From Callorhinchus milii (Eukaryota), in the NCBI RefSeq assembly GCF_018977255.1, contig NW_024704742.1, positions 67,210,001 through 67,274,000 of the forward strand: DNA of 64,000 nucleotides, given 5' to 3'. Made by a program: the position numbers and the translations under genes. Below, piece after piece: positions 12,092 through 23,244 of the stretch. The notes beneath the pieces were generated by a model. The model saw only the letters and a program-made list of their open reading frames with translations. It was not told the DNA's origin and did not search any database. The stretch's first letter is position 1. The number at the start of each line of letters is the position of its first letter.

Positions 12092-12346
12092 TTTGGTCAG
12101 CCAAAAATGATCTGACGTATGCGCAAATCCATCACAATGCTTAAGAGTATCCAAAACAGATGCATCCCACCTACACATGGAAATCCCAGATATAGATTGC
12201 TGGAATGAAATGTGCACTATTTCCTTGGAGGGACGCATCCTACTTACCTAATTCCGGAAAGTATTAGGCACAGGTTGGCAAGTGCCAAGGCTTGGGGATC
12301 TCAGAGTGTGTGTTGGGGTACTGCTGGAGTCTAACCGGCTAAAACC
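12092..12346. repeat. Unclassified about 260-bp dispersed repeat (MITE-like); other copies at about 1645-1730+2104-2270, about 7255-7375 and about 52840-53070
   Basis: Shared atgcttaagagtatccaaa...atcccacctacacatggaaatcccaga...cttacctaa..ccagaaagtattagg..caggttggcaa...ccaaggcttgggga. Confidence 0.85.
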
Positions 12347-12469
12347 ACATAGTTTGCCATTGATATCGCTGCCTGGCAAGCTTTCCTGCTGCTTGTTCAG
12401 TTAGGGCCACCCTACTCTATTAAGGCTTTGACTTGCAGGGTTAACAGGAGCTGAGTGAGATGACTGTGA

Positions 12470-12650
12470 CTGTGCCCCAGTGACTGGTCTGGCCTTCCAG
12501 GTCCTGCCAATGAGCTCGGTTGGCTGTGCTGTCATTAGCTGTGCCCTGGAATACTGCAGACCTGTCTGGCTCAGGAACCGGACTACCAAGACCGCCACAG
12601 AGGGCTGCCTCGATTCCGACATTCCGTCACCAAGCACGTCACCTTAGAAT
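12470..12650 (+). mobile_element. Highly decayed non-LTR RT C-terminal fragment (Vingi/Ingi-like)
   Basis: Frame from 12480 reads VTGLAFQVLPMSSVGCAVISCALEYCRPVWLRNRTTKTATEGCL, resembling the EYC.PVW...GCL motif. Confidence 0.4.
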
Positions 12651-13269
12651 TCAGCTCCAAGGAGACTCCGCTTATATTTTCTTTCTACATTGCATAATGA
12701 TCATTTTAAAGTGTCAGTGCCTCCACATTTTCCTTACATACAATATTTTATCAAGTCTGTTTATATTACGGTTTCTGAGATGCTTTGGCATCTCATTCGT
12801 GAAGAAACTGTAACACGACACAAGCTTGGTTTGGAAACTAAAAAGATCCACAAATAGTCTGCTGGACTCAGTACAGATTTTCATTGTTAATGAAGAACCA
12901 AACATAGAAAATAGGAACAGGAGACCATTCAGCTCATTGAACCTGTTTCACAAATTTATTAGAATTTAGTAACTCTTTTAATCCCATTGCCTTACTCTTT
13001 AGCCATATCCTTTAGCAACTGAAAGATGCCCCACATTAGAAAGGTCTTAATTATGCCATTAGCAAATGAGTTAAATGGAGGAAGATTTGGAAGATTGTTT
13101 TTAATAGAAAGTGTGGCCTTTATGCTAAAAAAAAACCCTCATTCCTAAGGTATAAACCTTGTACATTAACGGCATTAGGCTAGAATTAATAGATTGGATT
13201 TATAACGTCTTAAATGCCTAAATTGCATCAGTAAAGGTCATTTGATTTGCATAAACTACTTCCAAGTAG

Positions 13270-13315
13270 GTCGCACAATATGGAGGTTGACCCAAGACCG
13301 AGTCCATCAGAAAAG
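13270..13315 (+). CDS. RNF212: RNF212 coding exon 9 (SHNMEVDPRPSPSEK)
   Basis: aagtAG acceptor, AAG|gtaggt donor; 46 nt; MEVD..PSP..K motif conserved in RNF212. Confidence 0.9.
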
Positions 13316-13359
13316 GTAGGTTTGCCTATCACTGAAAATTACAGAAGTTTGGGATAAAT

Positions 13360-13850
13360 CATAGAATTTTCAGTAAAGAAAAATGGCTGTTCAGCCCCGT
13401 CATGCTTCGGGCGGCTTTTAGTGAGAGCCTTCTCTTCAGTTCTGTTCCCCTGCTTTTTCCTCACACCCTTTATCTTTTTCCTTTTCAGAATGTTTTGCTA
13501 ATTCCCTTTTAATGGTTATTGTAGATTCTGCTTCAACCACTGTTTTTGGTACAGTATTCCATGTCCTAATAAACTCATTTTTAAAATTCTAACCTTTCCC
13601 TATTGGGTAATGATCTTAAATTCATGCCCTCTGTTTACCGGTGGGAATAGACTCTGACCAATTACCTTATCAGAATCCCTCATAATTTTGAATTTATGAA
13701 CACCTCTATTAAGTTCCCTTTTCTGCCCTAGTGAAACCAGACCCAGTTTCTCTATATTCCCTCTCAACCTTAATGCTATTCTAGTGAATCTTCTTTTGTA
13801 CCCTCTCTATGGCTTTTATGTCTTTGAAGGGACACCCAGAAGAGTATTAA
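13360..13850 (-). mobile_element. Degraded CR1 LINE 3' fragment
   Basis: Reverse complement of the CR1 3' region seen at 23770-24260 (atcatagaa tail, ttcaaccact, cacctctattaag). Confidence 0.7.
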
Positions 13851-15171
13851 ATACAGTAGTATTGTACCATAAACAATAACCTGATATATCTACTGAATAA
13901 CATTTCATAAACATGTTTCGGCTACCTGAAACCTGATAATATACGAAAGTAACAATGGAAATAATGTTTAATTAACAGTGTTTACCAGTGAATGCAAAGT
14001 CCCAATTGCCTTCCACCCAACATTTAAATATAATCAGAGAGTATTGCTATTTCAAATTGTTGGCATCTCTCACCACTTTCAGGGTATGACTAAAAGATGC
14101 ATTGATAATGCAGTGAATGTAAAATGTATTCCATTTGTGAGCTGACCAACCTATCCAGGCACAAGGTAGTGATTATGTTTAAACTGCTAAGGTAAACTGA
14201 TGATGGTGCATAATGAGGCGATGGGGGTTCTCAGATGAGTTTCAAAGCTCCAGCGAGTTATTGACGGTTTTCTAAAAACGATCCCACAAAGGAAGTTGTA
14301 AAATGTATTTAATCTACAAATTTACGAGGATGATAAACTATAGCAATCAAATAACAAGATGATTTTTCTGCTTCTTTTTCAGTAAAATAAGAATTTAAAG
14401 AATCATAGACATTTTCAGCCCATTGGCTCTCAGAGCAAGGTGTTCATTCTATCACACTGTCCTGCCTTACCCCCATTCTCCTTCAAGTCTTTATACAATA
14501 TCAAAAACAATTGAATTAAATACAGTATTTTTACAAAGTATTCTATTCATACAATATGTATGTTCAGTTTTAAACTTTCATACAAACATAATTTTTATTA
14601 ATGTTCTTTTAGCCCCAAATGACAGACTGCCAGGTGTAGTTTGTGATGTACTATAAAATACTGCCATCATTGCCATGGTGACCGGTCAGCATGAAATGGC
14701 TTAACTACTTTCATTGTATCCTCTGCATTCTGTTTGGCTGCTTTTGGTTTGTTTGTGGTACCGGCACCACAGAGAGATCAGCAGCACTTATCAAGTTGGG
14801 TTCCAGATAGCTCTGATGGCTGCTAAGATTCACCATGCAGTTGCTTGAATATTGTTCATAGATACTATAGTAGTAAATTTCATCATGAATCTAAATTGTA
14901 TCTATAATACTCATGAGGAGTCTCGGTATCGATGTATTTGACTGGATGCATTCAAGAAGGGTGGAAGGATAACATGTTTAAAGTAAAGTGACCTTTGAAA
15001 GTCTGGAAGTCAAAGAGTTCTAACTTTTATCTGAGCTGACCGCCTGATGTCAGTGCATATTCGGATCTTTATTTATTGATGTCTATTAAGGATTCATAGT
15101 GCTAATCTAATAGATTATAATTGTTTTCTGTGCAATTCCTTTGCTTACTGATATTTTTGCCTTGTGTACAG

Positions 15172-15235
15172 TGTGAGATGTCTGTGGGTCCTACAAGACT
15201 ATCATTAATCAGTCCACCCCAGGATGGACGAATGG
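15172..15235 (+). CDS. RNF212: RNF212 coding exon 10 (CEMSVGPTRLSLISPPQDGRM-G)
   Basis: tacAG acceptor, G|gtaagc donor; 64 nt; GP.R.S.ISPPQDGRMG is the hallmark RNF212 motif. Confidence 0.96.
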
Positions 15236-16225
15236 GTAAGCTTCACACTTTTGTTTTCGATTGTCAACCCTAAACAGACTCGTGCATTGAAAGCTCAGAG
15301 TGTTTTGTGTCTTATATTTCTGCAGATAAATGCAGATATGATAAATGTGAATTGAATACATAACTTATCAGTGTTTACCACATATTTACATGACAGTAAC
15401 TGAATATTACTGGAACCCATAGAATGAAAGGATTGCCTAGAATATATGTTGGGTTGTTTAAGCAATTGAGCGCTGGATTTGGAATTGAAAGTTTTTAGGT
15501 TTCAATTCTGAAAAATTTGCCTTTTTGGGGTCAATAAAATGAAAACTATGTTTAAGTGATCCTTCTCAGGTGGGTGGGGGTAAGTAGGATCTAACTCAAT
15601 TCACATTTATGGTGGTGAACTGTTAGATGATCAATAATGTAAGGCTGACTCTGAGTTAGCCATGACCTCAACACTGCAAACCTTAGGTGTGATGGGTATG
15701 GTTCTCCTAACTGGAGAAGTAGAGTGCTGTGAAGGTATTTTAAGTGCAGTGGTAAAGGAATTCGGCACCCGTCTTCAGTGGAAAAACAATTACTCTGACA
15801 TGCACAGCTGAAGCTGCCAAAAAGCTTTAAGCACCAAAGTGTTGCAGATATTCAGCAAGTGTTGTCCTATATCAAGAGCCCTATCTTTGACCTTTAGCGT
15901 TATTCCCATGTTACCAAATTTGAGTTTGGTTGTCTGTTACTATAAATCATGCTGACAGTGAAACAGTAAACTTGTTTACGATTAGTTCCTCAGTTCCTTT
16001 GCCTTGTTTTCCTCATTTCAAAATTTTCCCCAAACCCATTTTTTTGACCGTGCTTTCAGTCAACATCCTCATATCCACTTCTGCTTCCCTCCTTGCTTGG
16101 TGGAACCACATGGTCTCCAAAGCATTTCCATATGTTCTCTTAAGAGAAAGATGCTGTATAAATGGAAGTTGCTGTAATATGGTGGAATCTCAATGTAGAT
16201 CTTACATACTTTCTCCCTACATGCC

Positions 16226-16330
16226 CCAGTTCTGACAAAGGATCGTGGACCCGAAACGTTTACTCACTTTCCTTTCTCCATAGATGCTGCCTGACCTGCT
16301 GAGTGTCCCAGCGACTTCTGATTTTTGTTG
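16226..16330 (+). mobile_element. Penelope-like element terminal-repeat fragment with degenerate minimal hammerhead motif
   Basis: CTGACAA-AGGATC-GTG-GACCC-GAAACGTT followed by ...gatgctgcctgacctgctgag; homologous to 50101-50291. Confidence 0.65.
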
Positions 16331-16443
16331 TCTATTATTAATATTTGAACCTTGATAGGGTGTAGAGGCAGGCTATCCAACAGTGTTGGCATTACAGCTG
16401 AGCCCATTCATGTCCTCAAATAACATCTACTCACAAGCCTTTC

Positions 16444-18041
16444 AACAACAACAACAACAACAAGATTCCATTTATAAAGCGCCTTTCACGTCAGGAGGAC
16501 GTCCCAAGGCGCTGCACAGTTGGGTCATGACCCGAGCAGGGGGGAAATGGTCAGGGTGAGGGGAGGGAAGGGAGGGAGCGAGGACGGGGGAAATGGTCAG
16601 GGTGAGGGGAGTGAAGGGAGGGAGCGAGGAAGGGGAAGAGAGTCGAGAGGGGAGCTGAAGGCTCGGTCAAAGAGAAAGGTTTTGAGACCGGCCTTGAAGG
16701 AGGAGAGGGAGGAAGCGGCGAAGGCACTGGGGGATAGAGTTCCAGAGCCTCGGGGCTGAGAGGCTGAAGGCCCGACCACCGATGGTAGGGCGATTGGGGC
16801 GGGGGACGTGGAGCAGACCGGAGCCGGAGGAACGGAGGGTACGGGCAGGTAGGTAGGGGGATAGTAGGTTGGAGAGGTAGGAGGGAGCAAGGCCGTGAAT
16901 GGCCTTGTAGGTGAGGATGAGGATCTTGAAATCAATCCTCTGGGGGATGGGGAGCCAGTGGAGGCGAGCGAGGGTGGGAGTGATGTGGTCCCGAAGCCTG
17001 GTGCGGGACAGTACACGAGCTGCAGAGTTCTGAATGACCTGCAGCTTGTGGAGGGAGGTGGCGGGAAGGCCGGCGAGGAGAGAGTTCCCATAGTCCAGCC
17101 TTGAGGTGACAAAGGCGTGAACCAGGGTTTCAGCAGCGTGAGGGGTGAGGTAATGCCGTAGTCTGGCGATGTTCCGGAGGTGATGGAAGGCGGTGCCAGT
17201 TGTGGTGCGGATGTGAGGGAGAAAGGACAGCTCAGGGTCGAACAAAACGCCGAGGTTCCTGACTGGCTTTGAGAGGTGGAGAGTGCAGCCTTGGATGCTG
17301 ATGGTGTCAGCGCCTGAGGTGCGGAGGCGCTGACGTGAGCCAATCAGGAGGGCCTCGGTTTTTCGCACGTTGAGCTGAAGAAAGTTGTCTCTCGTCCAGG
17401 ACTCGATGTCGGACAGGCAGGCTGTCAGGACATCGGTGGTCGTGGAGTTGAGAGTAGAGGAGGAAAGGTAGAGTTGGGTGTCATCCGCATACATGTGGAA
17501 GTTAACTCCATGTCTGCGGATGATGTCACCAAGGGGGAGCATATAGAGGGTGAAGAGGAGGGGACCGAGGACAGAGCCCTGAGGGACACCACATGAGACA
17601 GTACGGGGGTGGAGGAGAAGCCATTCGTCGAGACAAAGTGAAGACGGTGAGAAAGGTACGACCTAAACCACTCAAGGACAGTGCCTTGAAGGTTGAGGTG
17701 GGAGGACAAGCGGTGGAGTAGGATAGCGTGGTCGACCGTATCGAATGCTGCCGATAGGTCGAGGAGGACGAGGAGGCAGAGGGAGCCCTGGTCACAGATG
17801 GTCAGGATATCATTGGTGACCTTGACCAGGGCAGTTTCTGTGCTATGGGCAGCACGGAAACCTGACTGAAGGGGTTCGAAAAGTGAATGGGTGGAAAGGA
17901 AAGAGCGCAGTTGGGAGGCGACAACTCTTTCCAGGACCTTGGAGAGAAAGGGGAGGTTGGAGATGGGCCGGTAGCTTGATAGCTGCAACGCATCAAGGGA
18001 GGGTTTTTTCAGGGTGGGCATGATGGTGGCAGTTTTTAAGG
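16444..18041 (-). mobile_element. 5'-truncated L2 LINE (RT domain, frameshifted)
   Basis: ORFs 17425-18165 and 16667-17542 carry [45 protein letters not shown]; (caa)n tail at 16444. Confidence 0.96.
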
Positions 18042-18169
18042 TAGCATAGGTATAGGTGGCATAGGTAGGGGGTCTCTGGGTAGTAATTTGAAGAAGGAAG
18101 TGTTCCAGATTTTTTTTTCTTTCTCTCCTTAAACCGGATATGTTGAAGTTTTTTTTGCGTATCAACTGC

Positions 18170-18288
18170 TGTGTCGGCTGAGATTAGCTAACTCAGCACA
18201 GACTGGAATTCAAGCCTAACGTTCTCGCCTGTATGGCCTAGTGCTCACTGGGCACTGCCTTTACCCACTAGACCGTCAAGGGAGCTTG
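18170..18288 (-). mobile_element. Ancient tRNA-like SINE head (family uncertain)
   Basis: Minus strand gctcccttgacggtctagtgggtaaaggc...gccatacag...tctgtgctgagttagctaatctcagcc. Confidence 0.4.
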
Positions 18289-18504
18289 TTAATTCCAGTT
18301 ATTCTTTTGATCTTCTGATCCAGGGATCTGTATTGGAAGATCAAGGGAACAATTGCATTCCAAGGTAGCAGTACTAAAACAAAGAATGAAATATCTGTGA
18401 AGGGAACAAACTGCTAAGTGGGCAGAAATCCAGCAAAATACCAGTAGGTCTCCAACTAATTATTTCCTTCCCTGGAGGAATCCAAACTGTTTGAATCTTA
18501 GGAA

Positions 18505-18976
18505 ATAACAGCTGGACCAAAAAAACGACAGGATTTGACGACTGAAAAAATATTTATTTTAACCTTCAAATTGTGATCAGTAAACATTCCCTGACATTCA
18601 AAGAGATATCTAAAGTATTCACCAAGTATGGAGCCTACACTCTTCAAGGCTCTGTGGATGTACAAAGTTGATGTTGGGTGAGCTGGAGAATTGTCCACTC
18701 GGTTAACCTAAATGCAAAAAAAAGCATTTAAGAAATCAACAGTGAAATTAGAGAAATTCATACATAATTTCCTCTGAGAAATTATTCTTTCTGCTTGTTC
18801 AGTCCTCAAATACAAGAAAAATGTTGCCATCATCCTAGGTGGAAAAATACCTGGGATTACTGTCCCTTTAAGAAACTTGTGGTTGTACAGGGAATGTTTA
18901 GTGCTCACAATTTAAAGGTTAAAATAATTTTTTTCTCAGTTGATGAAACCTGTCATATCTTTGGTCTGGCTGTTGT
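18505..18976. mobile_element. Fold-back/MITE-like element with about 90-bp imperfect inverted repeats
   Basis: 18505-18593 is the reverse complement of 18888-18976 (visible even as similar peptides on opposite strands in the ORF track). Confidence 0.75.
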
Positions 18977-18984
18977 GTTGGGAA

Positions 18985-19560
18985 GTTCAATGTAGGGAAG
19001 TGCAAGCTCATCCACTATGGATTGAAAAAAAGATGAAGCAGAATATTTTCTTTATGAAGAGAGACTAAGAACTGTGGAGGAGCAAAAGGTGGCCATATCC
19101 ACAAATCACTAAAAACTAGTTCCCACGTGCAAAAAGTAATCAAAAAGGTGAATGGAATGTTGGCTTTTATCTCGAGGCCTGGAATACAAAGGGGAAGAAA
19201 TGAAGCTTCAGTTGTATAGAGCGTTAGTCAGACCCCATCTGGAGAGTGCGTTCAGTTTTGGGCACCACATCTCAGGAAAGATATATTGGCCCTGGAGGGG
19301 TGCAGCGCAGGCTCACTGGGATGTTACCAGGCCTAAAAGGGTTAAGTTTTGGGAGATTTGCAGTACTTTGGGATGTCCTCCCGACGTGAAAGGCGCTCTA
19401 TAAATATAATTTTGTTGTTGATGTTAGTTACGAGGAAAAGCTGCATAAACTTAGATTTTATTCCCTTGAGTTTAGAAGGTTGAGGGGTGATTTGATTGAA
19501 GTGTTTAAGATGATAAAGGGATTTGATAGGGTAGATACAGAGAAGCTATTTCCTCTGGTC
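18985..19560 (+). mobile_element. CR1 LINE fragment containing a short L2-tail insertion (about 19350-19425)
   Basis: RGLEYK.....QLYRALVRPHLE; RLRGDLIEVFK.IKG.DRVD..KLFP. Confidence 0.9.
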
Positions 19561-19959
19561 ATCCTCCACTCTGATTGTTTATAAGAACCTAGTCACGCTG
19601 TGCTCTTAGGGGGAAACATCCCTCTTGACACTGAACATAGTGATTTTAACGATGTGGACTTTCATGGGAAAATCTCTTTATGTCCTGCCCTCCTTTTTCT
19701 GGAAAACTTTTCAAAAGTGGTTACCCTCCATCATATTGTGAAGAAGGAACACTAGTTTGCTTTGTTTGATGTTAAAAATGCATGGTTACACAAAGGGAAT
19801 CGGGGAATCGATAGAAAATAGCAGGCTCCAACATCCTTGTCATTTCTACCATTTGGTTGAGTGATGGCAACTGAGTGTATTCACCAAGATCCCAGTAGTG
19901 ATTGCAGCTTTCCTGCAGAATGATTTGCGCAAGTATGTTTATTAATAATAACACTAAAA

Positions 19960-20310
19960 TAATAATAATCATCCTTGCACATCAGGAGGATGTCCCAAAG
20001 CGCTTCATAGGATTTACTGTGAAGTGGAGTGATTATTTATGGGCAAATGCGACAGCCAATTTGCACACAGCAGTGTCCCACAAACAACCCTGCAGTAAAT
20101 GAATAGTTTTACTTGAGGGATTATTAGCCAGGATACCAGGAGAAACTCCCTTCTATTTTTGAATAGAGCCATGAATCTTTAACATCCACCTGAACGGCAG
20201 ACTGGACCTGGGTTTAACGTCTCATGTGAGGGCGGCACCTCCGACAATGCAACATCCTCACCACCCCCCCAGCATTCATTGGGGTGTCAGCTTAGCCTAT
20301 GTGATTCCAA
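19960..20310 (-). mobile_element. Deu-domain SINE (family B) with L2-type tail
   Basis: ggcacctccgacaatgca, ttaacatccacctgaac, plus the shared tail. Confidence 0.82.
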
Positions 20311-20930
20311 GGCCCAATATGTTTGTTGGTATTGGCCAATGTGGTGCTCCAGCAAATCTTTTCCTTCACAAAGGAACAGGATTCATGGAAAATTGGAAAA
20401 AGCCCCACTTTGGATAGTGTCCCGATTAATCAATACTGTCCAGTGAACCCGTTGGATTGTGAACGCCTACTGGTGAGGACAACATAGAATAAGCCCATAA
20501 ATTGTGAGAAGCCCACAGTCAAATCACTCTTCTGACACTCACTTTATGTACACACACATGAAGACATGCCACGAGAGTCAGGTTTGGGGTAAGGGCACTC
20601 TTGGCACCAAACCATTAGAGAAATATATAGCTTCAGGAAGATGGTGTGAGTACATTTGGAGGTGGAAACAACAAAACCCTTCCTTGAATTACTTATAATT
20701 GTGATGATATCTTTAAAGGCCAAGAACCATCTTCCCCCCACCCTCCATACACACATTTATTCTCTTGTGGGAGTACCACTGAGTGTGCTTGTAAGGAGGG
20801 CAAAATACATGGCAAAAAATGCCAATTTTTTGGCCTTGCTAATTGTTGTCTATTGAATGAAAAGTTTCCCTGATTTATTTAAATGTTTTCTTTATGGGGC
20901 GTCATTGACAAAAAGTAATTTTTGGTTTAG

Positions 20931-20973
20931 GTTTTGTACATTACAGAGGAATGGCTGAACTAGGAGCTTTTAG
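20931..20973 (+). CDS. RNF212: RNF212 coding exon 11 (FVHYRGMAELGAF-R)
   Basis: tttAG acceptor, AG|gtatgt donor; 43 nt, phase 1->2; G.V.YRG follows DGRM as in other vertebrates. Confidence 0.85.
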
Positions 20974-21079
20974 GTATGTAATGAACAATGTGTCTCATGC
21001 TTGGAAATAATCTAACATATTTAAAGCTGTTTCTAACCTGTTACATGCTTGTGTGTACGTGTTTGTGTGCAATTCTTAC

Positions 21080-21820
21080 AATAATAATCCTTGCATTTGA
21101 TATTGCGCCTTATCATGTCTTCAAGTTGTCTCAAAGCACCTCATAGAATATGCTGTAAAGTGAATTGACTGTATATTTTGTGGGTGAAATGCGGCAGCCA
21201 ATTGAGCACAGCAGTGTCCCACAAACAGTCGTGGATTGAGTGACCAAATTATTATTTTTAAAATTTATTTTTGTTTTGAAGGGATTATTTCCCCCCAGAG
21301 TCTACCCTGCTGTGGTAGACTGCCTGTGAAGCACCACAGGAACTCCATAGCCAAATTGCAAACTTGTTGACAGGATTGCTCCCGATGCCATGGAGTAGCA
21401 TAACAGCGTATACCCTTGAATTGCATACATTTAATCTGTTAAACAATGATGCTTAATAATATATAGTAATAATATCCCATCCGTTTGATATAGCACCTTA
21501 ATAATAATAATAATAAAAATCCTTGCATTTGATACAGCGCTTTTCACGTCTTCTAGATGTCTCAAAGCGCTTCACAGAATAGACTGTAAAGTGAATTACC
21601 TGTATTTTTTTGTGTGGACGAAATGTGGCAGCCAATTGCGCACAGCAGTGTCCCACAAACAGTCATGGTTTGAAATGACCAATTTATTGATTTTTTTTCA
21701 CATTGTCACATTGTTGAGACTCTCAAAGCACTTCACAGAATATATTGTAAAGCGGATTCACTGTATATTTTTTGGTTGAAACGCAGCAGCCAATTATGCA
21801 CAAGAATGTCCCACAATGAA
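21080..21820 (-). mobile_element. Cluster of at least three 5'-truncated SINE tails
   Basis: Repeated aataatccttgcatttgat...cacagcagtgtcccacaaacag at about 21080, 21500 and 21700. Confidence 0.8.
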
Positions 21821-22203
21821 GCCATGGACTCTTCATCCTCTTTCCTCCCCTTCCCCCAGAGAAAGAAATAAAATTCCAGGTCAGATCACTCCAATCTTCT
21901 CTCGTCCAGCTTCCAGAATTGATGTAGAGATCTTGAACCCATTTGCTCAGCTGGGATAGGTGATGACATGAGAGCAGAGAAAATGGGAGCAAAGAGAACT
22001 AAAACAGTTACCCTAAAAATAGTTTTCTTGGAGTATCTCTTAAAAATATTGGGGCTTTCAGAATGTGCTTCTGTAACAACAGCAAGGTTTACATTATTTT
22101 CTGTAAATGAGTGCTTTTTCTGTGTTGTGTTGGTCAGACATGCGTTACTAGTGTGTTGTGCTGCTTATTACCATCAAGAATGGATTTGTTATTTATTTTA
22201 CAG

Positions 22204-22379
22204 GAGTACACCTCTCTCAACGCCTGTGCAAAGAATTGGGCTTTCAGGCTCTCTGTTAGCTGCTGTACCTGGTCGTAGAGATACTTGGGATACTTCCAGT
22301 TACAGAAACGTACCTTATTGCTCAATACCAGCTTCGTCACTTTCTAGGCCTCCAATAACCATTGCAAACCTTCTAATGA
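22204..22379 (+). CDS. RNF212: RNF212 coding exon 12 (STPLSTPVQRIG...RPPITIANLLM)
   Basis: ttttacAG acceptor, A|gtaagt donor; 176 nt, phase 2->1; open Ser/Pro-rich frame with a PI(T/S)I..LL C-terminal motif. Confidence 0.85.
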
Positions 22380-23244
22380 GTAAGTGTCACTATTCACTTT
22401 TTATATCTCTGATGAATAGTTTGTGTATAATTCATGTGAAGAATTATTTGGGATATATAAAGTTAAAAGAAATAGGTTATGATATTCAGCAGTATGAAAG
22501 ATGTTTTATAGTCTTCTAAGCTATAACCGGGCCTTTACAAATAAAATGATTTCCCTGGTCATTACCACCACCCATGTTTTCTAATCTCGATGAACACACA
22601 TGTTAGACTAAATGGATATTTTCCCTGGATGGTGCACAATACTTTTAATTCCAGTAGGTAACAATTCTACAATATTTACTTTGGGACTGCGTCAGTTTAG
22701 CAGTGAGCAGGGAAAAATTATCTGACAACCATTTTTTGACTCAAGCTGCCAAGTTAGGATACAAGGATGGATCTACCTTAACTTGTGCTGTTCATTATTA
22801 TACATGTTGGATAGAAATGATTGGTAACACTTGCAAATCAAATTCATGCATTGGGTAATAGGATTGTATTTTTTTAGCACTGGTAACTAAAGGCATTGCA
22901 ATGGAGGATGTGCAGTAATTAAACTATCCATTGTAATTAAACTACTTAAAAGTCATCTTATTGTTTGGATTTGAGCCATTCTCATGGCTACAGTGATCAA
23001 TGGATTTCATATAATATTCCGTGAGATTGAGAAAGTAAACCCAAAACATTACTTTTACATGCACTGAGATGACAGAACAAGAGAACACAGGTTTAGGGTT
23101 ACAAAGTGTTATTTTAGGAGATATACCAGAAAGTATCGCTTTATCGAGAGAGTGATTAATAACTGGAACAGGTTACCAGGAGGCATGATTGAGGCCAGGA
23201 CATTTAAAATTTGATGCTGTGATGGGAAGACTGAAGAGTGAATG

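Noticed and set aside
15440..15840. Possible Meta-domain SINE remnant (ggggtcaataaaatga)
   Set aside because: The similarity is too short and degraded to call without a profile search.
16597..18165. Long ORFs (248-291 aa) as host genes or an active retroelement
   Set aside because: 5'-truncated, frameshifted L2 ORF2 without endonuclease or ORF1; the alternative frames are by-products of GC-rich sequence.
21968..22519. 183-aa ORF as an independent gene
   Set aside because: It is RNF212 exon 12 plus open intronic flanks.
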